Shown here: positions 51,424 to 64,000 of the stretch, piece by piece
How positions within the stretch are numbered: position 1 is the stretch's first letter
How the letters are laid out: each line of letters opens with the position of its first letter
Source: Tubulanus polymorphus
Lineage: Eukaryota > Animalia > Nemertea
Direction: 5' to 3'
DNA: 64,000 bases
NCBI RefSeq assembly: GCF_964204645.1
Contig: NC_134026.1
Coordinates: forward strand, 8,269,950-8,333,949
Translations under genes and position numbers: made by a program
The notes under the pieces: model-generated
The model's input: only the letters and a program-made list of their open reading frames with translations
Databases searched by the model: none
What the model was told of the DNA's origin: nothing

Positions 51424-54400
51424 TTAAAAAGCCTCAAAATACTTCTTCTGAACGCTTTAAAGTTTGCCTTGACAAAATATCTCCCGACTTTTTTCTAAAC
51501 AATTATACATCTTTTTACAATTGCAGACGATCATAACTAGCAGTGTAGTCTAATGAATGCATGATATTATTATCAATATATCCGTATTTCATGTTCAACA
51601 AATAATAAAAAAGGTATTAACAATTATGTGTATTTTAACAATTGATCAACATCGTACATCATCCAACGAAAAACATCTAGAGCAACCCTAGGTCAAGGTG
51701 ACCGATACGTACGTTATCTAGTGGCAAAGTGTGATATTGTAATATGACGCCTTTCCGAAGTCAATCGATCGACGGAAATGAAAGATACCAAGAACCACAC
51801 TCAACGACCTCAAATATGTATGGAAATAATACGCAACACTGCCTTTTACACGCGTATTGGTGTCCATCGATAAAAGATTGTTGCGGTTGAAAATCGGCAA
51901 AACAAAGACAATAACCCTTAGCCATTTATGTAGCCTTGAGTGAAGGACTTTCACAGTTTTTAGTCGGGTTTAGGGTTTTGGGTTAGATACGTCGTTTGTA
52001 TTAGATACATATTCTATATTGATTCTAAAGGAAGTAGATATTGTGCAAAAGGTATGGATCACGTGACGAAATTTACTGGAATGTGTGCGCAGACGGATAC
52101 TACAAAATCAATTCACAGCCTCTATGAAAATATTTCGTTTCTTTTGTCCACCGAATTGATTACAAGGATTTTATGCTGGATTTTTGACCACTTAACGAGA
52201 ACCGGGTAATTCATCCATTTTTAAAGCTATATCGAATTACTATGTAGGTGACTAGTGTAACACGGCAGTAAACTTTAGAATCGTTATGAAAAAAAATAAC
52301 CCATAACATCGCTAATTAATAATTCACCGATTAGCTTATTCAACGAAGTGGCTCTCATAACGTCGTTTATCGAGCACACGAAATATACGCTTGCACACGA
52401 ATTCCTGGAAAATTCGACTTCTATACGGCTTGTGGGAGTACACTGCCGAAAGATCAGGATCAGATTTCTAGGTCAAATATCCTCCTTACACGGGCTTCCG
52501 TGAGACGTCGAAGCCATAGTAAATTTGACACGCCTTTGAACTCATCGTCGCAATATCCGAAATCGAATCCTCATTTATGGAGGACCCGCTGTCCAACCAG
52601 ATGGCGCGACGAACACTCGTCGGCCTTACGTTGTCAAAATTGGTTTGAACTAGATTTTTAAACTACCGAATCCGTATATTATCAAAAGACCTACCAAATA
52701 TACAATACGTTCATCTACTCAGATATAGGAATAGTTTTCAATTGATTTATTTAGGAAAAAGTTCATTCAGTTTTAAATGAAATGTTGAAGGAAGACTGAG
52801 TAGCTACTAGCGAACCTGGTGGATCCTCGCCTGCCATACGTGGAATCCTTGATTGCCACAGTAGAGGTGCGTGTACCCCATCGAGCTATAAGTATCTTTC
52901 CATTTTGCCAGCTATGACATTTAGATTTAATGCGCCACAGATAACGCTGTGTATGCAATGAAAAAAATACGATTGATAAGAAAGAATTGAATGATGATAA
53001 ATAAACAAAGGGTATACATTTTCTGGATAACGGGACTATCAAAAATATTTTCAGTCTACACCCGGTTACATCCGTCGTTATTATGGCTATAGATATACTT
53101 AGCATTTTTTCGCATTTACTTAATGAGTAAAAAATTGTTGACATATATTTGTACACGTTCTTATATAGCAAAGCAGCTGTGGAGCTGCGTACATTATTCC
53201 TAGATTGAAGAGATGTCTATTAAGGAGAACGACAAAATCCATGCCAGAATGATGCGAATTTATCTAACAACGAACTCGACGTGTATTTAGAATTGGACAC
53301 GGCTGGTGGTCGATAATCTGTTCGCAACGAAATACGCAATTTCGAGCAAAACGCATCTGCACTTCGCTGATAATGTGTCCCAAAGGCGCCGGCTACCGAA
53401 CCCATCCATTCAAAGCGAGACCCGTCTATAACACGAGACGAGAATCTACTACCAAAGACAAGATATCCCCGTAAGAATATTAATGTCCAAGAAGTATTGA
53501 GAACGAAAAAAAAAGAATCGATTGCGTTCGTTATTAGCGAAATTATTCGATGAGCGCGCTCCGCAACAGAGCCATCAATGTCGGCTGCGATACTTCAGAG
53601 CAGACATTACTGATCAAAAACTATTTCGCCAATACAAATCGACAAGCGGGCTAATTATATCTACTGATAGGATTCTTTGTATATTTTTCGAAACACTTAA
53701 CTTTGGTTTGTGTTACAGACTTTAAATGCAATGTGGTAAACCGCAAATACCGTAACTTCCTCGTATTCTAAAATTACTGAGCGTCCGATAAACCAATCCA
53801 AATCTTCAGCTTTCTCGAAATCATAATAAAGTCAAAGTGTTCATCAATGGTCTACTTAATTTTCTTATTTTTGGCCGATGAAGGCACAAAACTTATTCGC
53901 GGGCGTTATGGTCGTTTGGTACATAATTCGTGATAGCAATAATAAGTATATATACATTATATATACAACATATCACTATGAATATATACGGTGTTATTTT
54001 GTTGCTATGTAATCATCACATAGGTTGTCTAAGCTCCGAGTGTAAACAAATGCACAGATAGCCAGGAGCCAAATTAGTTACAATGTTAAATCATTTAGGA
54101 GACAGCCTGTGATCGGGGTCATAGGAAATATTCGAGAACCTATTAGACATCAAAGACATTCTCAGGCCGAAGAATTTCATGTTTTGAGAAACAGAATTCT
54201 ATCCGATATATTTTTCTGAATTTTCGTCGTAAAAATGCGCTAGAATACTTTTTTTAAGGACAAAGGACTGTAGTACGGTAGACGCATTTTGTTTTTATTC
54301 GTCACGAGCTCGCGGAATTCCGGCGCGGCTGGCTTGCGAAGCGATTACCTTTTCCCAGGCAATTCGGAGGCGCTGAAACCTAATTGTCAACGGCCAGAAA

Positions 54401-55940
54401 AAAAATCAATCTCCCTCAGACGATAACAAATTGATGTGGGACATGTGGTCAATTCATTGCACCAGCCGACTCTCGTACTCAACATAGATTAGTTTATTTT
54501 TCCGCTTGCGTGGCCGCGTTCGCACTGATTTCCCTTCCAATGTATCGGGGAATTACGTTACAGTGAAATGAGCAATGAAGGCATCTGATGTGATAACGCC
54601 GCGCGAAAAACGGTTTTCACCCCGAAACCGATAATCAGTTGCATTCTCGCATCGCACGACGTGTTCGCGTGTCGTGTGTTCTCTTTAACGAATTTAATAC
54701 AAATCGAATTGAAGTGTTGGCGCCGACAGAACCCCGACGAAACGTGAACCATTCGTCAATTGAGGAAATATTCTGACCTTCAAAACTTTGATTTCATGAC
54801 GGTCCAAACCACAAAAAGGTAGCCAGGGCGAAATGCGGTTTTCGTAGCTAGTCAACCAGTGGTCGGAACTGATAACCGAACGCACTTAGTATTTCACAAT
54901 GTCGGCCATCTTGAACCTAAATCCGAACTATAGCGACCGTGCTCATTCCCGTGGTAGACCATTTCCGGAACATATAGTTCCCACTAACTGACATTCGGTT
55001 CGACTATAGTCGACTAACTCCGATTACCGAAGTTTGCCCAAGCACACGCTCGGAAAATGGGCGAAGATGTTCTTGTTTCGCCCATAGCCCTCACACCCGC
55101 ATGTTTAAGGTGTCCGTACAAATGGCACCGATCGATAACGAAAATTATAACGGCACATTTTCTTCTCACGTCATGCGATCAAATAATACGAAATTTCCCG
55201 AAAAACCAATACCGAACGGGAAATATAATGCCGATTGCGCCATCAAAATTGATTGTCGGTGACACGATAGTTTGGCGGGGTGATTGGTAGTGAGCGACGC
55301 ATCTTTTTGTCCGACTACTAGTACGTAGAATAACCATCGACATGACGATGCTCTTGAAAAATTGCTTACGACATGCAATGACGCAAATCGAATGAGGCTC
55401 AAATTATTTCGGCCAACGATACAACGAAATCAAATCTATTCAACAATCATCATCGCAAATCATGTAGTTACAACTGGCTACTATGTTCTTTTGACATAAT
55501 CTTCCGAGTTATTTTCTGTGTGTGTGTGAGTGCGTGTGTATCATATGGCTTCTTGACAGCAAAATGGCAGTGCTTACTTTATATAACTGGTTACATACAT
55601 TTTTACATATTATTCTAAACCTTCATTTTTGAGATTCCACGTTTTTTCAACCATGTACAATATATACACCTCGTTTTGTTCGTATGGACACTTATTATTA
55701 CATTTTTACAAAATAAGTTAATAAATAGTTTTACCAAAAATAAATAATTTATAAATAATTCAGGGAATTCACAGTGTACGTATTAAAATATCACGGCTGT
55801 AGCCTTATTTTCGTTACAAGTGTTCAGCTCGTAGGCAGTGGGCCACCAGTGATGCTCCGTTGCACGCGTCTCTATATTTCCACCCAAGAGTAGCAATGAT
55901 CACAGTGTTCAATCCATCTCGCACCTATCGATATGTCGTA

Positions 55941-58900
55941 TCACGCGCATCGACATTCTTGCACGACCATATCTGAATAAAGGCTCACGGATAACTGGCC
56001 GTGTTCGTCGTAGTGGAGGAGATTCAACGGACGTAGCTTCGTGGCCGTGCAGCACGGCGCCGGGGCGGCCGCCGGGTTCATCACGTGAATCGCCGATTTA
56101 ATGCCCGCGAACGTATGCGCCGGTTTGTACCGATGCGGACAAACGCCGTCGCAGTAGTAGGCCTTGTAGCCCTCGGGCGCAACTACCCAATTGTCCCAGC
56201 CGATTTCGCTGAACGATACCCATAACGGATACCGACAGCACCTCGACTCGCCGTCGCCCTGTCTGCAGTCATGTTTGATAGGACTCCGTTTCACTCGACC
56301 TAGTATCTCTTTCTCGTGAGTGTAAACACTGAGAGTCGGCAGTAACGCCTGCCGAGTCGTTTTACGCTTCGTATAATACTCGTTGCTTGTCGGAGTTCTC
56401 GTCGTCTTGCGACTCGTATAAAACTGCAACAACTGACTCATGTCTTGCGAATCGCACGAAATTTCTAATCCGTAGTTTTTGCGCGGATTTTCGATCCAGA
56501 ATTGCACCGCTTCTTTGATGTCGATAACCTCCCAGCCGGTTTCCAACAGGGACGTCACTTTTGAGGTAATCAGTCGCCGGATCGGTTGATTGAATTCCGA
56601 TTCGACCGGTGTCAACAATAGATACGCACTCAAAATCACCCGCTTACCGAAGTTAGTTTTATCCTTTAAGTTGTACGGAAACACGTGATTTTTGTATATC
56701 CTGAACTCGGCAGACGATACGTAAATCTCTCGGTTTGCATTGTCCGGCATGGAAATGTTTATTTGAAAGAAATGCCTTGACTGTTTCGACTCACGCCATA
56801 ACTCATCTTTCACCATATATGGCGGCTCACCTAAAATAGAAAAAAAACAGAAAAACTTTTGAGAAACTTTTACGAAAGCCGCGCGGTCGCATTTCAAACA
56901 AGAATTTATAGCAATTTCAACCGTAGTCGCAACAGTCGGCGAAATTAGGAAAGATTATCCGTTCGTTATTGGGCGTCGATATTCCGTCATTCTACAGAAA
57001 TATGAAACCGAACGCGCGCCAACGTTATTCTACAATTCCACACCAAGAATTATGTGTTAATGAAGATGCAAAACCACTCCAAACACCTCCACACCCGAAC
57101 GCAAATTATATACCGCATAACAGGCAAAACGAGATATCGAGGAGTTTGACGGCTCAACAGGATTATCTCAAACTAGCGGAAAGCCCGTGGAAACCACGGG
57201 TGATTTTTAAAAGTAGAACTTCCGACTTATTAATTCATTGTACGTGTAGGAGCATTTTAAAGCGGCCTATTATGTGGTGGGTCACCCGTGCCCGTTGAAA
57301 CCATATTGGATCACGGGACCCACTTGACCTGTGCCCAATGATACTGGGTCCCTCTTCTTCCCGTGGAGGCCTGTAACAGAGCAAACAAATATGTAGTACC
57401 GATATGATCATTTCATAACGTATGAATTTTATGCGGTTTATTACAAATGTTCATTTTGATATTCCGCTGATCATCGCGCGTGAAATGTGTCGGTTAAGCC
57501 TATATTGTGCACACAGCAGGCAATAAATCCGAAACAAGAAACAGATTTGGATGTTTGTGTTTCGGTGTTTCGATTCGCCCGCCATCGCACAACGCGTACG
57601 TTTCGATGGACGTGTTTCGTGTTTTAGAGAAACGCACATATAAGTCACGAAACAAGCCAGGAAAGTTTCGTGTTGGGAGTTTATGTCTGCTGTGCGCGCT
57701 GGGCCTTATGATTCATCATCATTTTGAGTATGAAAATTAGCAACTATTATGATATTGAGCTAGATATTTGAGTTCTAGAATCAGCAATTACAAAAGGAAC
57801 ACTAAATTTACGAATGACAATATGCGTCAACTTCTGAAAAAGAATTGAAAGCATAAAACGAACGTTTTTATCCCTCAACCCACTTAACAGCTACTATACA
57901 GGACGTTGTTAGTTGGCTAGTGGCCCCCCTAGAAAAGAAAAACCATCGACCAAGAATCTCTGCCCCTTCAGGATTTGGACCCATGAACCTCTGGATTGGA
58001 GTCACGCTAAAACCGATGGCCCACGCGGCAAACGACTAAAATAATATACAAATGAACAAAATGATCTCCAACCTTGTGCGTAAGGGATCTTGATGTATGA
58101 AATAAGGAAGCCAACAAAGTTAACCCACATCGAGTCGATTGCCGATTCAAACAAGTTGGATGATTGTTTAAATGAACTGGAACCGAAAATTTCCAATTAT
58201 GTTCTTCGATTGAAACAAAAAATTCCTTAGATTCGACCGCCGATCGCACAACTATATCTGAACTTTGATTTCCGATTTCAAAATCAAACCCCCCGTTTCG
58301 TTGCCGGCAGGAATGGTGGGTTTCTAAGGGACACCAAATCGAAGCAAATCAAACGAATTCGACCAATGAAATAAAGTGTGAATCCCTATTTTAAGACCAA
58401 AACCGATGGCCGAAAGGCTGCTGCGTTCTTCCTACAAAAGGCCAAAGGTCGACGCTCACATGGTTATTCAAACTATTCATGTATCATTAGATCATTCAGT
58501 TTGTAAACGTGTTTCTAAATTTTCTAACGTCAGAAAAGTTTTCAACGAAAAAAAGAAACGATAGCACAAAGAAATACAGATGCGCATTCTCCCCGAGCGA
58601 TTCGATATATTCGGCTGCTAGAAAGACTTCGGTTTACGAAGCGATGCAAATGTCACCGTTCTCTAGCAATCGTTACATTTTTCCTTCTCCCTCTCGCGCC
58701 ATGAGTAAGAGGGCTATTAGGAATGTAATACGAAGTGCCTTCGTCCTGATCGATCCGAGAAATACCTCAAAATCCGCGCAGTGGGATGTTGAGCGGACTC
58801 TGTATTCAAACAGAGTATTTATTTTCCCAGGCACTGCACGCTAATGCTAGCGCAGGTACCGCGCGGCCACTGTATCAAAGACTGCCCAATTTCTGCGGAC

Positions 58901-59404
58901 GTGATCGAAATGGGAAATGCGTTACTTCCATAAGTGTCCATCAGAACACAACGTCAGACGCAAGCAAACCCGCTGCCGATGGTCTGCCGCGGCGGATAAT
59001 CGAAAATGAAATTAAGCCTTAGATCAGCGAGGAATTGCTTGCCAAATATTTACTTTTCTCTTCGATCGAGGCTTTCTCAAGGACCGCGGCCATATTCTAG
59101 ATCAATATTCCAACTGAACTTCAAAGGTGTGAAATTAATTCTAATTCGTGATAGAACCCGCACTTCGGTTACATGTCTTAGCAGAATTTGTCATATAGTA
59201 TAATATCACTATCTATTTATTAATTGACATCATTCGAAAATCAGATTGAACTCAAATGAAGACGCAGCAAAACAAAATCTCTTACAGCGCAGTTTTCTTC
59301 CATAATGCGCCATTTTTCGATTCAACGGTTATCAAAAGATAAGTAATATTTTTCCTTGTATGCAAATGCACTTACCTGGCAAAAAAGTATAAAACCGTAC
59401 AACC
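55941..59404 (-). CDS. TGF-beta superfamily ligand with a 9-cysteine mature domain (myostatin/GDF11-, Maverick- or GDF15-like), 5'-partial. Exons: 59404-59376 and 56830-55941; upstream exon(s) not found in the window
   Basis: Prodomain motifs VSSAEFRIYK and GWEVIDIKEAVQFW..NPRKNYGLEI, a furin site RVKR, and mature domain DC..CCRYPLWVSFSEIGWDNWVVAPEGYKAYYCDGVCP..PCC..DMVVQECRCA*. The 29-nt exon VVRFYTFLP has TAG/GTAAGT boundaries and the correct phase. Confidence 0.93.
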
Positions 59405-62400
59405 CTATTAATCAGAGTACATTTATGTTTGATCATAGACATTTTTCGCTCACCGGAAACCGGATGATGTCATATTTCCGAATTAGGAAATCACAATTCG
59501 TTGACGTCTCGCCCAAATTTGGGGTTCACTGATAATTCGCTTCGTTAGCAAGTGCTATCAGTTGAAAGCAGTCTAGAAAATTGTGTCTTATCGAAAAACG
59601 AGTAAAAACTTCCCTCATTTTATTATAATAGTCATGATACGCACGATGCACATCGTTTATTCAAGTGTTAGCGAACTGTAAGCCAAACCGCACAAAACGC
59701 AGGGAAACATTGAAAGACAGAAATACGTTCTCATGTCTTTGTGTTTCCCTGCACCGTGTGCATTTTTATGGCTAATACGCCGTTGTTTTTAAAACTTTTA
59801 ATTCATTTCTCAAGTTTACGTTGCCAGTTTAGAAAACAGTGAATTAACTGAAAGAAACATACAATTTATGTATCGCCTATAGCCTTTTTTGTATTTGCAT
59901 AAACGTATATTATTGTCCGAATGAATTCATCTATATGCAAAATGAAGATAATAATTCCGTGATGACCTTAAGTGTCACCGGAACAGCGGAATAAGCTCAA
60001 GCCGAAAAACAGGAAGATGGCGTCAAAATCCGTCGGAAATAGAGATGTAGCACATTCAATGAACTATACAAACGAATTTTGTCGTAATATTCATAAGAAC
60101 CTCTAAGAGGATTTTAAAAAAAGGTCTCTCATTCTTTGAACCCGTAAAAACCGTAACAATAATGTTTATATACCATTGATACCTAGTATGTGTCGGTGTG
60201 AGTTGATTTGCACTACGTATATTGACGTTTGAAAATAACAATTACAAATATGAATCTTGGCGTTTATTTTGCAATTTAAGATATGTCATCATATCATATG
60301 TTTCACGAATTATATGCACTACGTCGTCGATATGTCGGGGCTAGACTGGTTGCCGGTCATTCAATTCAATTGTCGATACATTCAAAACCAAAATAACTTT
60401 ATGATCGTTCATATTATATAACTTATATACTACTATTTATGGTCGACACTATTAGCAATATATATGTTATTTAACAAAGCGTCCATAAACTTTCAAATTA
60501 GTTTTCTTGTTCCACGAGTACCATTAAGTTTTAGCTTACTGCAACATGTTTTTTTTTGCATTACAGACATATGTACGTAAGTAACACCATGGAGATTTTG
60601 AATCATATTCGTCGAAGGAGTCTATTACCGATTTGATGACCTCATATCATATAATTTGGTTGTGTCCAAATTGTCTCTAGAAAGTAAAAATCAAAACTAA
60701 ACACCGTAAAAAAAGGTGCCAGCAGTGCGTCATCGGAAATTCATAAATGAACTACTCTCCATTATAAACGCATCAATCTACCGCAGCCGAGTGTTGCATG
60801 CCGTTCGTCAATTAATAAGAATTGAAAATGCGACAAAATTAACCGCGTTCGCAATTCGAGCTGCGAACAAGAAAAATGCCCAACATCAGATAGCCGTCCA
60901 ACTGATTTTGAAAATTGATCGACCCCGCATTCATGTAGGCGGATATCTCTGTTGGTGACAATTGAAGCAATTAACTCCTATTCCAACTGTTTGATTCATT
61001 GTTTCATTCGTCTATATACAGTGCAGAAATTGGCACGAAAAACAACAAGTATTCTGGAACAACTTAAACCAGGAAAAGATCAAAACAACCATAAAGATAA
61101 TCATCCCAATTCATCCGCAGAGCTGCCAAGCACTAAGTGCCATGAATGAATGATAATATGTACAACATTATAAACATAATTTCTTTAGTTATAATTTCTT
61201 AGGTACATAGGTACATGAATAAGATGACAACCCCAAGCCCTTGGGAGATGTGCCTGATGGGGTATTGCCCTGTCAAGAAAGGAATTAATAAGCTTAATGA
61301 TAATCACATATGCAAAGGTTGAAGTTGAACTTCAGCAAGAAGTTGAATTTTTCCAGTAACAAAATGTTCATATTGATCATTAATCAATGGAAGGACCCCA
61401 GTAACATCTTTCATATTTTTTGTATGCATCACACAAATCAAATCAGTATTCTTTTGTTATGAAACAGTAAAAAATACTGAAAACCAGGAACAGTTGGCAG
61501 CTCTGCATCCGGATTAACGATCCCACGCGTTCTCACAAAGGCTTCATTTTCTAGTTACTGGAAATGGGGATTGTCTTTATGGGTGGAGCAATCAGATTTT
61601 GATTCATCGTCGTATGATTGGCGTGAAAATTCAAATACTGACGTACAATAATTAGAATGAAACGTTGGCTACTATGAAAAGAAATAGGGATTGACTTAAG
61701 GTATTTAATTCATAGATTTCGTTTGATTTGATTTGCTTTGATTTGGTGTCCTTGCAAACCCACCACACCTGCCGGGAGCGAAACAGGGGTTTGATTTTGA
61801 AATCGGAGATCAAAGTAGAGATATAGTTGTGTGAACGGCGGCTGAATACTGTATTATTTGTTTTTTTTTCAAATTGAAGTACAAGTCTTCCAACTAGCCT
61901 GAACCACAGATCTCTTAATGAAAGGTGATCAGTTATTTACCAGGCATCTAGATTGGCATATGATATCAACATATATAAGATCTTGTATATTTTTGGTCGA
62001 TGCTATTCTGATGACCGTTGTGATACGGTCAAGGAGCTTTCCGAATGCGGTGTACTCAAGTACGGTTAATCATAAATATGGTAATCAATATATTATATGT
62101 ATACCAAGGCATTGCTTCCAAATTTTTGTTGCGTGATTCTGAAAAAACAATACCGTAGCGTCGAATAACAAGAGTTTTGCTGATTTAGTAAAGTTGATTT
62201 AAGTATTTTGACGCCGTAAAAACCGTTACAATAATATTTATATACATTGATACCTAGTATGCGTTATTTAAGGGGTACGTGTGAGTCGATGTGCACTACG
62301 CTATCGATATTGGCGTTTCAAAAATAACAATTAAAATTGTGAATCTCTGAGTTTATTTTGTAATTAGATATATTATATAACTCTCATAACTATCTCATTT

Positions 62401-63234
62401 TTGATGAATTTTAATGATTATTTTTGAGAGGATGTGCACTACATCATCTATATATCGGAGTAGACTGGTTGCCGGTCAATTCAAGTAATTATTGATATAT
62501 TCAAATCCAAAATTACTTTATTGATCCTTACTAAGATAAGTGTAATTTTTCAAGGTGGCAATAAACCTTGAAGTTAGTTTTCTTGTTACGGTAATGCTTC
62601 CCTCATCTTGAACTATTATGCGTTTTCTTAGATCACTCGTGAAATATCATATCAGTTCGTAAATAAATCAAACTGTTCTAATCCGCGTTACACATTCACG
62701 ATACGATATCAGTACTGTTCGGTTATTTCGAGCCCGTCGTTTTTAAGTCATTAGCAATGCCCTCTAGTTATTTTTGAGTGAGCTGGCGTAAAGCCAAATG
62801 AGCAAGAGCAAAACAAGGAAGTTAACGTGTGCTCCCGCCACAAGACGGAGAATTTACATCAAAATTGTCCGTAGTTCCTGAATGGGAGCGTAAGTGGGAG
62901 AGGGGTTATACACGGCATTTTCCCGTTAACATACAAGTATATGTTAGGGTACGGTATGGGATGGACACGTAATTGAAATGAAATGCGGCAGATTGACATC
63001 CGACGGTTGAACCAACAATAGATTGATAGATAATAGTGGCCGTGATATCATAAGTTTCGGCCAAATTATCATTATCCTGACCGGGTTTGCCAATTGCTAA
63101 TCGCATCGCCGGATATATGATGTACCGGTACACATAAAAGAACATCAGTCAACATCGTGGGAGTAGTTCTAAACACCGATGCCTCTATTCCGATCCTTTA
63201 ATCGGGGCTAATTTCGCTGGCTTTCATCGATGGC

Positions 63235-63526
63235 CACGGAGGCGATAAAGGGCCTTCAGTTGCCGCGTTCCAACGCCATATCTATGTCGACATATCGCGA
63301 TATATCGCGTCAATTCGACGTGAATATGTCGACATATCGCGACGTTTTGACGACATATTTCGTTGTGTCGACAAAGCGAAATTTGTCGTCAAACCGTCAC
63401 GATTTGTCGACATATTCACGTCGAATTGACGCGATATATCGCGATATGTCGACATAATATCTGACATAAATATGGCGGCTTGTTGAGTTTGAACGCGACA
63501 ACAGTAGGCCGCTTATCGCCTCCGTA
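63235..63526. mobile_element. Non-autonomous DNA transposon (IS3EU-like MITE) with an internal palindrome
   Basis: TIRs CACGGAGGCGATAA / TTATCGCCTCCGTA and a 6-bp TSD GATGGC (63229-63234, 63527-63532). A near-perfect internal inverted repeat at 63283-63455 is built from ATGTCGAC/ATATCGCG units. Confidence 0.75.
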
Positions 63527-64000
63527 GATGGCAGGAATGTAGAAAACAAAGAGCACATAATATACTGTCATCGTGACGACCTTACATCGACATCAGAATT
63601 TACATCCATTAATTCCATTCTTCTGAGGGAAAAGGTGATACGCTTTAATTCAACATCAGTCGCCAAATCCTCACTAGCTGGTGTCGTAATTTCCTAATGT
63701 GACGCGGTAATAGTTTTCTGTTTTGTTTAGTGTGCACTACACCGATTCTTTCGACCGAAAACCATTCTCATTTGATCACATTTTCCGTACTTTTCAAAAC
63801 ATCATGAGGTTTTCCTGCTCTATGAGATATTTATTGCGACATGCGTGATAATAAGCGTTTTAATTTTTCTTGAGGATGTTTAACGTAAATACGATGTCTA
63901 ATTACACTAAAAGGTTATCGGACCTTCCTGACCAACGTATTCATTTCGTGTACGTAAATAAATATTTCAGCTATTTTACTAATAGTCAGGAACATGAATG

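Noticed and set aside
62906-63145. 79-aa minus-strand ORF as the missing TGF-beta first exon
   Set aside because: No signal peptide or prodomain helix motif, and no convincing phase-matched donor.
63230-63467. Near-identical ORFs on both strands (MSTYRDISRQFDVN)
   Set aside because: A consequence of the palindromic MITE; no coding evidence.

Overview
This is eukaryotic (animal) genomic DNA. It is AT-rich, intron-rich and dense in small non-autonomous transposons; the gene set suggests a marine bilaterian invertebrate, which is an inference. Hand-splicing at GT-AG junctions gives six protein-coding genes. (1) A 9-exon PhyH-family 2OG/Fe(II) dioxygenase of the L-proline trans-4-hydroxylase/ectoine hydroxylase type (+, 16988-20809). 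(2) A 12-exon membrane-anchored gamma-glutamyltranspeptidase homologue with an intact ORF but most substrate-binding and catalytic residues substituted (+, 22217-28933). (3) A 3-exon secreted protein with one antistasin-like Cys6 module and a Pro/Tyr/Trp-rich tail ending in GRRKK (-, 29633-31203). (4) A rolling stone-like membrane protein (-, 32322-35775). (5) A 20-exon SLF1/ANKRD32 homologue with a 13-aa coding minisatellite (-, 36211-49504). (6) The 3' part of a 9-Cys TGF-beta superfamily ligand with a 29-nt micro-exon (-, 55941-59404). The first ~16 kb and most of 49.6-64 kb look non-coding. The most unusual non-genic structures are four covarying hairpins with a conserved AGCTAGGGC loop behind a tyrosine-recombinase retroelement remnant, and a 231-bp palindrome with two degenerate hammerhead-like cores next to a (TA)n tract. 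Exon coordinates were read by eye and may be off by a few bases.
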